Below the pieces are notes generated by a model that was given only the letters and a program-made list of their open reading frames with translations, did no database searches and had not been told where the DNA came from. The translations under genes were made by a program, and so were the position numbers. A stretch of 64,000 nucleotides of DNA from Bacteroidales bacterium (lineage in GTDB: Bacteria > Bacteroidota > Bacteroidia > Bacteroidales > WCHB1-69), in assembly GCA_017535665.1 (NCBI GenBank), contig JAFXTS010000008.1:7165-71164 (forward strand), in the 5' to 3' direction. Below, piece after piece: positions 18,515 to 28,220 of this stretch (the first letter of the stretch is position 1; each line of letters begins with the position of its first letter).

Positions 18515-20551
18515 ATGAAGAAAACTTTTACCCTTTTCATGGTCGCTATGCTGACCGTTTTGTTCAGTTTTTGGTCAGGGAATGTGATGGCGCAGTGCAA
18601 TCCGATTTCGGTAACCGTCGCTTCTCCCTACAGTGAAGACTTCACCGGCTACACTGCCGTTTCCGACGTGGCCACGGCCGGCACCATTCCCGCCTGCTGG
18701 GACTACATCTACAGCGGCACCTCTGAGAACTACGAGCCGAAGGTGTTCAACGGCACCTACACGCCCCTCGCCAGCAACAATGCCATCGAGATCACCTCGG
18801 GCGGCACCTCGTTCATGGGTTTCATCACGCTGAGTGATGCCGGCACCAACAACTATGTCATCCTGCCAGAGTTTGCCAACGGTCTCGACGAGCTGCAGGT
18901 TGTGTTCAGCACGGCCATGTCGAGCGACACGGCCGGCGCGCTCACCCTCGGTTTCATGACCGACCCCGCTGACGCCAGCACCTTCACCGACATCACCGCC
19001 GTGCCGAGCAACAGCTATATCACCGACCGTTGCGTGACGCACGCCTTCACGCTGGGCAACTTCCCGCAATGTGCCAACATGCACGCGCGCCTCGCCTTCC
19101 GTTGGACCGACGCCAGCCGGGATGCCACCTCCACCGTGTGTATCGACAACATCGCCGTGCGGATCAAACTGAACTGCGAAGACCCGAGCAACCTCTACGT
19201 TTACGGCATCTCGCCCAACAGCGCCATCCTCGACTGGATACCGGGCGCCGACCAGCAGGAGTGGGAGCTGGACTGCAACGGCACACGCCAGCTCATCACC
19301 ACCCGTCCCTTCACCCTTACGGGTCTCACCCCCACCACCGAATACACGGTGAGCCTGCGCGGTGCCTGCGCGACCAACGACAGCTCGTACTGGTGCGTGC
19401 CCGTCACCTTCAAGAGCGCATGCCCCATCAACACCGTCGATGACGACAACGCCTTCACCGAGACCTTTGCCACCAGCGACCTCGACTGCTGGATGACCGA
19501 CATCGTGTCGGGCAGCGACGACTGGGGTGTCACCAACAGCGCCCACAGTGGCACCTACGGTGTAACCTACTCCAACTCGCTGTTCGGCGACCTGATGGGC
19601 ACCGAAGAACCCAGCATCATGGATATGCTCAGCATGTTCGGCGGCATGATGGACTTCGGCACAGGCTCGTCGTACCTCATCTCCCCCATCCTCGACCTCA
19701 CCGCCCTCACCATGCCGGCACGGCTCACCTTCTACCGTCGCCAGACCTCATCGATGGTGCCCCTTACCCTGCAGGTCTATTTCCGCACCTCCCCCACCGG
19801 CAACTGGGGCTGGCTCGCCCAGTACAACACCACCTCTTCCACATGGAACCTGGAGAGCATCAGCCTCCCCAACCCCTCCGCTGAATACCAGATTGCCTTC
19901 GTGAGCCTCGTGGACATGACCAACATGGGCGACATCATGGACATGAGCAGCATGATGGACCCCAACGCCACTTTCGACCTTGCCAGTGTCATCGACCTTG
20001 ACGACATCCGCGTGGGCGCCACCACCGACTGCGACGTGCCCGCCAGCATCCTCGCCTACAACATTGGCAACAACAGCGCCACCGTGAGCTGGGTGCCCGG
20101 CAATGCCTCCTCATGGGAAATTGAGTACGGTCCGAGCGGTTTCACACAGGGCACTGGCACCACGGTGACCTCCACCACCCACCAGTACACCTTTACCGGC
20201 CTTCAACCGCAGACCAGCTACGATGTTTATGTGCGTGGCGACTGCGGCAACAGCATCATCAGCGACTGGAGCCCCGTGACCCAGTTCACCACCACCTATA
20301 CCGGCATCAACGGCTACAGCCTTAACGCCCGTGTGGTGCCGAACCCCGCCACCGACCACTGCACCGTGGAGTGCGCCGCCACCTCCGGCGAAATCACCCT
20401 CTACGATGTCTGCGGCCAGCAGGTGCTTTCCACCCAGATTACTGGCAAGAGCACCGACATCAACCTGAACAACCTCTCTGAGGGCATCTATATGCTCCGC
20501 ATCGCCGCCGATGACCACACCACCACAACGGTCAAGATCATCAAGAAATAA
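18515..20551 (+). CDS. Secreted multi-domain protein with fibronectin-III-like modules and a T9SS C-terminal sorting domain
   Basis: Signal peptide. Two FN3-like segments (PSNLYVYGISPNSAILDW..EYTVSLRG and PASILAYNIGNNSATVSW..SYDVYVRG). CTD VVPNPATDHCTVE...GIYMLRI...VKIIKK. Confidence 0.75.
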   Translation: MKKTFTLFMVAMLTVLFSFWSGNVMAQCNPISVTVASPYSEDFTGYTAVSDVATAGTIPACWDYIYSGTSENYEPKVFNGTYTPLASNNAIEITSGGTSFMGFITLSDAGTNNYVILPEFANGLDELQVVFSTAMSSDTAGALTLGFMTDPADASTFTDITAVPSNSYITDRCVTHAFTLGNFPQCANMHARLAFRWTDASRDATSTVCIDNIAVRIKLNCEDPSNLYVYGISPNSAILDWIPGADQQEWELDCNGTRQLITTRPFTLTGLTPTTEYTVSLRGACATNDSSYWCVPVTFKSACPINTVDDDNAFTETFATSDLDCWMTDIVSGSDDWGVTNSAHSGTYGVTYSNSLFGDLMGTEEPSIMDMLSMFGGMMDFGTGSSYLISPILDLTALTMPARLTFYRRQTSSMVPLTLQVYFRTSPTGNWGWLAQYNTTSSTWNLESISLPNPSAEYQIAFVSLVDMTNMGDIMDMSSMMDPNATFDLASVIDLDDIRVGATTDCDVPASILAYNIGNNSATVSWVPGNASSWEIEYGPSGFTQGTGTTVTSTTHQYTFTGLQPQTSYDVYVRGDCGNSIISDWSPVTQFTTTYTGINGYSLNARVVPNPATDHCTVECAATSGEITLYDVCGQQVLSTQITGKSTDINLNNLSEGIYMLRIAADDHTTTTVKIIKK

Positions 20552-20605
20552 TGTATTCTGGAAGCCAATCTGTACAATAAGCTTCCGTACACTTCAAAAA
20601 TAACC

Positions 20606-20638
20606 CATGGCGCATACTATATGCGCCATGTTTTCGTT
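20606..20638 (+). terminator. Rho-independent terminator after the FN3/T9SS gene
   Basis: Perfect 11-bp stem CATGGCGCATA-CTA-TATGCGCCATG followed by TTTTCGTT. Confidence 0.7.
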
Positions 20639-20649
20639 ATGGATAAATC

Positions 20650-21507
20650 ATGAAAAAGACCCTACTCCTTTTCGCCATCCTATTAGTGGTTGCAGGTACG
20701 TGTGTTTTCGCACAGCAGGACAGCACGATACAGAAATTCCCAATTCTGAAAGTAGAACTGCAACTTAGAGATTCACTGCCCACCATTCTTTCTCAAAACC
20801 AGAATCCGCCCTTATGGAAGAACCAGCACGACTGGATTTCATACCAGATGAAAGTATCGCTGAAGACCGAAGATGAAGATCTCGCATTCCAGTGTTTTAT
20901 GGTAAACCGCACCGACAGCCTCATATACTTCAACCTGCACAAGTCAGGCATTGAGCTGATGCGAGTGGTGCTCACCCCCGACTCAGTGATTCTGGTCAAC
21001 AAGTTACAGAAAGAATACTACAGAGGTAACTATCAGTTATTCAAGGCCATATTTGATATTCCGCTCACATTTTCAATGATACAAGGGATACTCAACGGCA
21101 CCGATTTTACGGAGTGCGAGGGGCGTTTCTCGACGGTTGCCGAAGAGCAGCAGATCAAGTATATCTGGCCGCAGCGGCAGTGCGGAACGATGGCGGTGAT
21201 GCAAGAGATTACAGCCGACGAGAACGGCCTGCTGCTGCGCAACGACCTCACCGAATTGAAAAGCGGCCGCGAAGTGCTTCTCACTTACAGCAGGCCTCGT
21301 CTCGAGGAGGTGAATTTCACCCCTGAAGCGACTGAGGCACAGATGAAACCTTTCGCTCTTTTCGATGGTTTCACGCTCACCATCGCCAGCGAGGAGGTGA
21401 CGTTGAAGGCCGACATCTCCAAACTGAAAGTCAACGTGCCCGGTCCCACCAGCATCAAGATTCCCGACTCATTTACACCGATGCAAAATCCTAATCCGCA
21501 GCAGTAA
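20650..21507 (+). CDS. Secreted or lipoprotein of unknown function (DUF4292/LolB-like)
   Basis: Signal peptide MKKTLLLFAILLVVAGTCVFAQ. Size and pattern FNLHKSGIELMRVVLTPDSVILVN resemble DUF4292. Moderate confidence. Confidence 0.5.
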   Translation: MKKTLLLFAILLVVAGTCVFAQQDSTIQKFPILKVELQLRDSLPTILSQNQNPPLWKNQHDWISYQMKVSLKTEDEDLAFQCFMVNRTDSLIYFNLHKSGIELMRVVLTPDSVILVNKLQKEYYRGNYQLFKAIFDIPLTFSMIQGILNGTDFTECEGRFSTVAEEQQIKYIWPQRQCGTMAVMQEITADENGLLLRNDLTELKSGREVLLTYSRPRLEEVNFTPEATEAQMKPFALFDGFTLTIASEEVTLKADISKLKVNVPGPTSIKIPDSFTPMQNPNPQQ

Positions 21508-22217
21508 TGGAAGATAGAAATAATATAGTAGCGATATTGGCAGGCGGAACGGGCAGCCGTGTGGGGGGCGAAGAGCCGAAACAGTTCTTGGACTTGGCAG
21601 GCAAGACGTTGCTGGATCGCACGATAGAAGTTTTCGAGGCGCATCCCCGCATCGACCGCATCGTGGTGGTGTCGCATCCCGACCATATCGGGCGGGTGGA
21701 GGCCATTAGGGCGAGATATCCGGGCGGAAAGTGGCGGTTGACGGTGCCGGGCGGAGCCGAACGGTACTGGTCAACGGCGGCAGCGGTAGAGGCTTGTCCG
21801 GCAGAAGGCAAGCTGCTGATCCACGATGCGGCGCGTCCCTGCGTGTCGGCAGCACTTATCGACCGGCTGCTGGATGCACTAGAGAGCCATGCAGCGGCTG
21901 TACCCGTCATCCCCATCAGCGACACCCTATTAGAAGTGGAAGATAATGGCGTAAAATGCGTACCCAACCGCCAAAACTTCCGATTTGCACAAACCCCGCA
22001 GGCTTTTCACCTCCCCTTACTCCATCAAGCCATTGCACAGTTAAAAAGCAATTCAAACTATTGTTTTACAGACGATTGCGGACTTTTCAAACATTATTTT
22101 CCAGAAATTCCTATTGCAATAGTGGAAGGAGAAATTAGTAATAAAAAACTTACATATAAAACTGATATTCAAGAATTTATAAAATATTTTCAAGAAAATA
22201 ATAAAAAAGGGTTGTAG
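21507..22217 (+). CDS. ispD: 2-C-methyl-D-erythritol 4-phosphate cytidylyltransferase
   Basis: VAILAGGTGSRVGGEEPKQFL, IHDAARP and QTPQAF. TAATG overlap with the upstream gene. Confidence 0.9.
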   Translation: MEDRNNIVAILAGGTGSRVGGEEPKQFLDLAGKTLLDRTIEVFEAHPRIDRIVVVSHPDHIGRVEAIRARYPGGKWRLTVPGGAERYWSTAAAVEACPAEGKLLIHDAARPCVSAALIDRLLDALESHAAAVPVIPISDTLLEVEDNGVKCVPNRQNFRFAQTPQAFHLPLLHQAIAQLKSNSNYCFTDDCGLFKHYFPEIPIAIVEGEISNKKLTYKTDIQEFIKYFQENNKKGL

Positions 22218-22233
22218 AAATAAAAAATAGTCG

Positions 22234-22241
22234 TATTTTTG
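22234..22241 (+). promoter_or_regulatory. -7 box TATTTTTG upstream of rpmB
   Basis: Exact match 43 nt before the ATG at 22285. Confidence 0.45.
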
Positions 22242-22284
22242 CACTCCAATTTTGAAGGAAATAAACACACAAAATTAGAGAGAG

Positions 22285-22518
22285 ATGTCAAGAGTTTGTC
22301 AAATCACTGGAAAGAAAGCCATCGTAGGAAACTATGTTTCCCATTCCAATATTAAAACTAAAAGAACCTTCAAGCCCAACCTTCACACGAAGAAATTCTT
22401 CGTTCCTGAATTGAATGACTGGGTAGTGCTGAAGGTTTCCGCCAAGGCCATGCGTACGATGAGCAAGAATGGCGTATGGAACAGCATTATTGAAGCAGAC
22501 AAAAAAGGGGTTTTATAA
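22285..22518 (+). CDS. rpmB: 50S ribosomal protein L28
   Basis: MSRVCQITGKKAIVGNYVSHSNIKTKRTFKPNL... Confidence 0.95.
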   Translation: MSRVCQITGKKAIVGNYVSHSNIKTKRTFKPNLHTKKFFVPELNDWVVLKVSAKAMRTMSKNGVWNSIIEADKKGVL

Positions 22519-22545
22519 AATTTTTGTTTGGGATTTTATGGAAGG

Positions 22546-22576
22546 ACAGCTGCTTTCGGGCGGCTGTTCTTTTTTT
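22546..22576 (+). terminator. Rho-independent terminator after rpmB
   Basis: Stem ACAGCTGC / GCGGCTGT (one G-U pair), loop TTTCGG, then TCTTTTTTT. Confidence 0.7.
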
Positions 22577-22677
22577 AAATCGATTCCTCCTGTCCGTTAT
22601 CTGCCACATTCTAAAAAACCTCCTCTCTTTTCAGCCAATCATGCAATAAAACGGCAGGAAAATAGTTATAGTTTTTT

Positions 22678-25185
22678 GTGATTGTAAAAACGAAACCTTT
22701 CTTGAGATTCAGACCCGCTACTTTATTGTGGTTGCTGCTGTTTTTCGGCATGATGCCAGCGTGGGCACAGTACACCACCCAGCTGAAAGGTCGTGTAGTG
22801 GATACCTACGGAAATCCCGTTGAAAATGTGCTGATTACAACCGCCCACAACAGCACCACCATTTTCAGCCGAGCGGAAGGAGAGTTCAGCATCACCATAC
22901 CCGTCAACCGCGAGACGGGCATTCACTTCCAGCACCCATCGTACCGCGACACGACCCTCTACGTGAAAGTGGCCCGCGGAACCGACACCAGCATCGTGAT
23001 GGTGTTGGCCACCAATGGCGAGATGCTGGACGGACTGACAGTAACCGACAAGTATGCCGACTCGTACACGCGCATCGACCCGAAGGCATCGTTCACCATG
23101 CCGACACCGAGCGGCGGTGTGGAGTCGCTCATCAAGTCGATGCCGGGCGCATCATCCACCAACGAGCTGAGCAACCAGTACAACGTGCGCGGCGGCAACT
23201 ACGATGAGAACTTGGTGTTTGTGAACGACATACAGATTTACCGACCGTTTCTGGTACGCAGTGCCCAACAGGAAGGCATGGGCTTCGTAAACCTTGACCT
23301 CGCCAAGAACGTGCGCTTCTCGGCCGGCGGCTTCGAGGCGAAATATGGCGACAAGATGTCATCGGTGTTGGATGTGGAGTACAAAAAGCCGGTGACCTAC
23401 GGCGGCGGCTTCACCCTCAGCTTCCTCGGCGCCACCGCTTACGCAGAAGGCAACGTCAACGACAAGTTCACTTTCCTCGTGGGAGCAAGATACAAGACCA
23501 ACAGCTACCTGTTCCGCTCGTTGGAGACCAAAGGCACCTACAAGCCCAACTTCTTCGACCTGCAGATGCTGCTGACCTGGAAACTGTCGGACAAATGGAG
23601 CCTCGACCTTTTAGGCAACTTCTCGCGCAACTCCTACAAATACATCCCCGAAGACCGCGAAACCAAATTCGGAACCATCTCCGAGGCGCGAAAAATCATC
23701 ATCTATTACGACGGACAGGAGGTGGACAATTACGAGAACTATTTAGGCGGCCTCACGCTGACCTTCCAGCCTAACACGCGAGACCAGTACCGCCTGATTC
23801 TGTCCTCCTATTACGCCAAAGAGACAGAGACTTACGACCTGCAAAGTCAGTACTGGCTGAGCGACATTGAGCCCGACTTGGGCAGCGAGAGCGATGACAT
23901 CGCGCAGGTAACCGACGTGCGGGGATACGGCACCTTCCTCGAACATGCCCGCAACCGCCTCACCGCCGTGGTGGCCACCGCCGACCTGCGTGGACAGCAC
24001 TCCTTCCCCAGCAACAAGATTGAATGGGGAGTGAAGGTGCAGAACGAAATCATCCACGACCATATCAAAGAGTGGAAGATGTATGACTCGAGCGGCTACA
24101 CCCTCCCCTGCCCTCCTACCATGCCGGGGGTGGAGGTAGCCTGGAACGACCCGTCGCGCATCTTGGACTTCGGCACCTTCTTCACTGCCGACAACGCCCT
24201 CAACACGGTCAGACTCAACGGGTTCATTCAATCCACATGGACGATTGACAAAGACCAGAAGTGGGTACTCAACAGCGGGTTGCGGGCACACTACTGGACT
24301 TTCAACAAGGAATTTACGGTGTCGCCACGCTTCATTCTCTCATTTACGCCCCGATGGAAGCACGAATGGGTGTTCCGCCTGAAGGCCGGCAGTTACTATC
24401 AGCCGCCCTTCTACCGCGAGATGCGCTACCAAGACGGCACCCTCAACCGCAGCATCCAATCGCAACACTCGTACCAAGTGGCCCTCTCGGCCGACTACTC
24501 CTTCCGGATGTGGAACCGTCCGTTTAAGCTTACAGGAGAGGCCTACTACAAATATCTCACCAATCTCATCTCCTATAGTGTTGACAATGTGCAGATTATA
24601 TATTCCGCAGAGAACGATGCGAAAGGCTATGCCGCCGGTATCGATATGAAACTGAGTGGCGAGTTCATCCGTGGTATCGAGTCGTGGATCTCCCTCTCGC
24701 TGATGAAAACCGCCGAAGATTTGCTCTACGACTACTATATCGACAAGAATGGTCAGTATGTGGAGCCGGGCTACATCCCACGTCCTACCGACCAGCGGTT
24801 CGCCATCAACATCTTCTTCCAAGACCACGTACCTTTTTTCACCCCGCTGCGGGTCCACCTCAACTTTGTGTTTGCCAGTGGTTTGCCCTACGGCGCGCCC
24901 AACGCACAGCGCTACCAGCAAACCTTACGTTCACCGTGGTATCGCCGCGTGGATATCGGCTTCTCGTACATGTTCCTTGAAGAAAGCCGCGACAGGATGA
25001 AACACAACAGCAAGTTCCTGCGCTCCATCAAGAATGCGGGAATCTTCCTCGAAGTGTTTAACATCCTCAACATCAATAATGTATCATCCTACCTCTGGGT
25101 TACCGACATCAACAATACCATGACAGCGGTGCCCAACTACCTCACCTGCCGCACCATCAACTTGAAGTTGGCGATGAATTTTTAG
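22678..25185 (+). CDS. TonB-dependent receptor with N-terminal CarboxypepD_reg domain (GTG start in the ORF track)
   Basis: Signal peptide ending AWAQ. LKGRVVDTYGNPVENVLI is the carboxypeptidase-regulatory fold. Plug motifs (SLIKSMPGAS, NQYNVRGG) and a long beta-barrel follow. Confidence 0.8.
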   Translation: MIVKTKPFLRFRPATLLWLLLFFGMMPAWAQYTTQLKGRVVDTYGNPVENVLITTAHNSTTIFSRAEGEFSITIPVNRETGIHFQHPSYRDTTLYVKVARGTDTSIVMVLATNGEMLDGLTVTDKYADSYTRIDPKASFTMPTPSGGVESLIKSMPGASSTNELSNQYNVRGGNYDENLVFVNDIQIYRPFLVRSAQQEGMGFVNLDLAKNVRFSAGGFEAKYGDKMSSVLDVEYKKPVTYGGGFTLSFLGATAYAEGNVNDKFTFLVGARYKTNSYLFRSLETKGTYKPNFFDLQMLLTWKLSDKWSLDLLGNFSRNSYKYIPEDRETKFGTISEARKIIIYYDGQEVDNYENYLGGLTLTFQPNTRDQYRLILSSYYAKETETYDLQSQYWLSDIEPDLGSESDDIAQVTDVRGYGTFLEHARNRLTAVVATADLRGQHSFPSNKIEWGVKVQNEIIHDHIKEWKMYDSSGYTLPCPPTMPGVEVAWNDPSRILDFGTFFTADNALNTVRLNGFIQSTWTIDKDQKWVLNSGLRAHYWTFNKEFTVSPRFILSFTPRWKHEWVFRLKAGSYYQPPFYREMRYQDGTLNRSIQSQHSYQVALSADYSFRMWNRPFKLTGEAYYKYLTNLISYSVDNVQIIYSAENDAKGYAAGIDMKLSGEFIRGIESWISLSLMKTAEDLLYDYYIDKNGQYVEPGYIPRPTDQRFAINIFFQDHVPFFTPLRVHLNFVFASGLPYGAPNAQRYQQTLRSPWYRRVDIGFSYMFLEESRDRMKHNSKFLRSIKNAGIFLEVFNILNINNVSSYLWVTDINNTMTAVPNYLTCRTINLKLAMNF

Positions 25186-25210
25186 CCCATCATTATAACC
25201 ATTACCCACC

Positions 25211-26665
25211 ATGAAAATCGTCATCATAGGAGCCGGATTAGGAGGATTAGAATGTGGATATCTGCTTAGCAAACAAGGATTTGAAGTCTGCATTTTGGAA
25301 CAAGGGAAACAGATTGGCGGCTGTTTGCAATCGTTTGAACGCAAGGGGCATCGTTTCGACACCGGTTTTCATTATGTTGGGGGAATGGGCGAAGGCGAGG
25401 TATTGTACCGCCTGTTCGAAGATTTCAATCTGCTAAACTTGCCCTGGAAAGAACTCGACAGAGAGTGTTTCGATGAGGTTTATATAGATGGGAAAAAATT
25501 CTCCTATATTAATGGTTATGAGAATTTTGCAGAAGAACTTTCACGCCAATTCCCAAACCAAAGAGAAGCCTTACATCGTTATGCCTCCATATTAAAAAAT
25601 GCACAGGAAGGTCTGCAAGATTTCAGCAAGATGGCCGACAATCCGACCTCCCGCGAACTGATGACCACCTCCGCGTATAACTTTCTGCAACAGAACTTCA
25701 GCGATGAGAAGTTGCGCAACGTACTGTCGGCCACCTCGTTAAAAATGGACCTGCTCGCAGATTCACTGCCGTTCTATCTGTTCGCACAGATCAACGGCAC
25801 GTTCATTCAGAGCGCATGGCGGTTAGTTGGGGGCGGGCAGGTGATAGCCGACAGACTAGCAGACGGAATCCGCAGTTTTGGCGGCGAAGTACGCACACGG
25901 GTACAAGTTACGGGGATGCAGGTGGACAACGAGCGGGTGAGCCGAGTCCTCATCAACGGGGAGGAGGAAATGGCTTGCGACTTAGTCATTTCCGACATCC
26001 ATCCCAATATCTTGTTCCCGCTGCTTCCAGAAGGTGCTTTACGCAAGCGTTACATTCAAAGAATCAAGAATTTACATAATAGTTTCGGCGTTTTTACCGT
26101 TCATCTTCTCCTCAAAGAAAACAGCGTAAAATACCGCAACCGCAATCTGTTCATTCACCATCAGCCCGAGTTGTGGCGCACGGTGGAGCAGCCCGTTGAT
26201 GGCCGCACCCGCTCCATCGGAGTGCATTTTTCCGTTCCCGAAGACGGCGCCGAATACACCCGCAATATCGACCTTTTCATGCCGATGTATTGGCAGGAGG
26301 TGGCAGCGTGGGCCGACAGTCAGCCCCTGCGCAGACCCAGCGACTACGAGAGTTTCAAGCAACGCCGTGCCGAAGATGCCATCGCGCAAGTGCTTCCCTA
26401 TCTTCCTGAATTAAAAGGAAATATCGAACAGATTTTCACCTCCACGCCCCTCACCTACCACGATTATACCGGCACCTACGAAGGCAGCGCATACGGCATT
26501 TGTACCGATTGCAACAACCTGATGGTCACCATGTTGCCCACCAAGACGCCCCTACCCAACCTGTTCCTGACGGGACAAAGCATCAACTTCCACGGGGTGT
26601 TAGGCGTAACCGTGACGGCCAAAATCACTTGTGAACAAGTTATTGCAACTCTTCCAACGCTCTGA
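25211..26665 (+). CDS. NAD(P)/FAD-dependent oxidoreductase, phytoene-desaturase/retinol-saturase-like family
   Basis: MKIVIIGAGLGGLECGYLLSKQGFEVCILEQ is a dinucleotide-binding fold. C-terminal LFLTGQSI matches the family. Confidence 0.8.
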   Translation: MKIVIIGAGLGGLECGYLLSKQGFEVCILEQGKQIGGCLQSFERKGHRFDTGFHYVGGMGEGEVLYRLFEDFNLLNLPWKELDRECFDEVYIDGKKFSYINGYENFAEELSRQFPNQREALHRYASILKNAQEGLQDFSKMADNPTSRELMTTSAYNFLQQNFSDEKLRNVLSATSLKMDLLADSLPFYLFAQINGTFIQSAWRLVGGGQVIADRLADGIRSFGGEVRTRVQVTGMQVDNERVSRVLINGEEEMACDLVISDIHPNILFPLLPEGALRKRYIQRIKNLHNSFGVFTVHLLLKENSVKYRNRNLFIHHQPELWRTVEQPVDGRTRSIGVHFSVPEDGAEYTRNIDLFMPMYWQEVAAWADSQPLRRPSDYESFKQRRAEDAIAQVLPYLPELKGNIEQIFTSTPLTYHDYTGTYEGSAYGICTDCNNLMVTMLPTKTPLPNLFLTGQSINFHGVLGVTVTAKITCEQVIATLPTL

Positions 26666-28220
26666 CAATCACCTTGTCGGAGGTATTGACGATGGGATAG
26701 AAGCCTTCTTCCTGATATAAATTCCTTCCGATCAAGGCCTTCAGCCACAATTTCAACTCTTGAGAAGAGGCTGCATTGAGAGAAACCGCACCTTTTTTCT
26801 TCTGATAGAAGGAGAGGAAATCCTGCACCACGGCGGCGGGAAGTTTCATGCGCTTCACATACGAATCGGCGGTCGGATAACTCTTTAGCAGCTGCTCTTT
26901 ATTCTGATTGGCAAAGTTAAAGGCATATTCTGTCAGCAATCCTGTATTAAATATCTCATTGAATACCACTGCGTTAGAATCTCTATCGAGAGGCACGAAG
27001 ATGTCGGGCATAATGCCGCCGCCGCCATACACGGTACGGCCTTTCTTAGTGGTATAATGGAGGCTCTTGTCCAACTTGATGCTGTCGGCGCTATCCATCT
27101 CTCCGTTTTCATAGCGGCGCACCAGATCTTCGTAATAATCCTCTGTGCCGGCGGAGTAGTTGCGCTGGATGCAGCGGCCGCTGGGCGTATGGTAGCGAGC
27201 CACGGTGAGGCGCACCGACGAGCCGTCGGGCAGTTCAAATGCCTGCTGCACCAATCCTTTCCCGAACGAGCGGCGACCGATGACCGTACCGCGGTCGTTA
27301 TCCTGGATGGCGCCGGCCACAATCTCGCTGGCGGAGGCGCTGAAGTCGTCAATCAGCACCACCACACGACCCTTCTCGAAACTTCCAGCCGCGGTGGCGA
27401 ATACCGCCTCTTCCTTCACATTCTTCCCTTCCGTATAGACAATCTTCTCTCCTCTCGGGAGGAACGCATCACAGATGCGGATAGCCGCGGTAAGGTAGCC
27501 TCCACCATTGCCCCGCAAGTCAAGTACTAGGTCGGTCATGCCGCGCTGCTTCAGCTTTTTAACAGCCTCGTCAAATTCGGCATCAGTCTTTTCGCCAAAC
27601 TGGTTAAGTTTGATATAACCCACATGCGAATTCAGCATATAGGCCACATCGAGGGTGGTGGTAGGAATCTGGTCGCGCACGATGGTGTATTGGGTGGTAC
27701 CTTTAGAGCCTGGGCGGAAGATGCCTACCTTGACTTTGGTACCTTTTTTACCACGAAGCGACTTAAATACCTTATCTTGTGTAACATGCACACCGGCAAT
27801 CTTCTCATCATCAACGGAAATGATGCGGTCACCGGCACGAATTCCCACCTTTTCGGAAGGGCCACCCGAAATGACCGCCACCACCATCACCGTATCATTC
27901 ATAATGTTGAACTGAATGCCCACTCCTTCGAAGCCACCGTCCAGTGATTCCATCATCTGCTTGTTCTCCTCGGCAGTTGCGTAAACTGAGTGAGGATCAA
28001 GTGTTTGCAGCATTCCCTGGATAGCTCCGGCGAAGAGTTTATCCTCGCTCACATCATCACAATAATACTGGTCGATGTAGGAGAGTACCGCATCGAATTT
28101 CTGCTTACCGCTGGACTCAGCCAGATCGTTGGTGAAGAGTTTCTTGGCGAGGAAGAGTGCTACCGCCATTCCAAACAAGAAGGTGGTAATAGGCAGCAGC
28201 CAGCGATTGACGTTTCCCAT
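26640..28220 (-). CDS. ctp: S41 family C-terminal processing peptidase (PDZ-containing)
   Basis: PDZ segment (SGGPSEKVGIRAGDRIISVD), LDLRGNGGGYL and SASASEIVAGAIQD. The ATG at 28220 shares one base with the upstream stop (TAATG). Confidence 0.88.
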   Translation of the reverse strand: MGNVNRWLLPITTFLFGMAVALFLAKKLFTNDLAESSGKQKFDAVLSYIDQYYCDDVSEDKLFAGAIQGMLQTLDPHSVYATAEENKQMMESLDGGFEGVGIQFNIMNDTVMVVAVISGGPSEKVGIRAGDRIISVDDEKIAGVHVTQDKVFKSLRGKKGTKVKVGIFRPGSKGTTQYTIVRDQIPTTTLDVAYMLNSHVGYIKLNQFGEKTDAEFDEAVKKLKQRGMTDLVLDLRGNGGGYLTAAIRICDAFLPRGEKIVYTEGKNVKEEAVFATAAGSFEKGRVVVLIDDFSASASEIVAGAIQDNDRGTVIGRRSFGKGLVQQAFELPDGSSVRLTVARYHTPSGRCIQRNYSAGTEDYYEDLVRRYENGEMDSADSIKLDKSLHYTTKKGRTVYGGGGIMPDIFVPLDRDSNAVVFNEIFNTGLLTEYAFNFANQNKEQLLKSYPTADSYVKRMKLPAAVVQDFLSFYQKKKGAVSLNAASSQELKLWLKALIGRNLYQEEGFYPIVNTSDKVIVRALEELQ

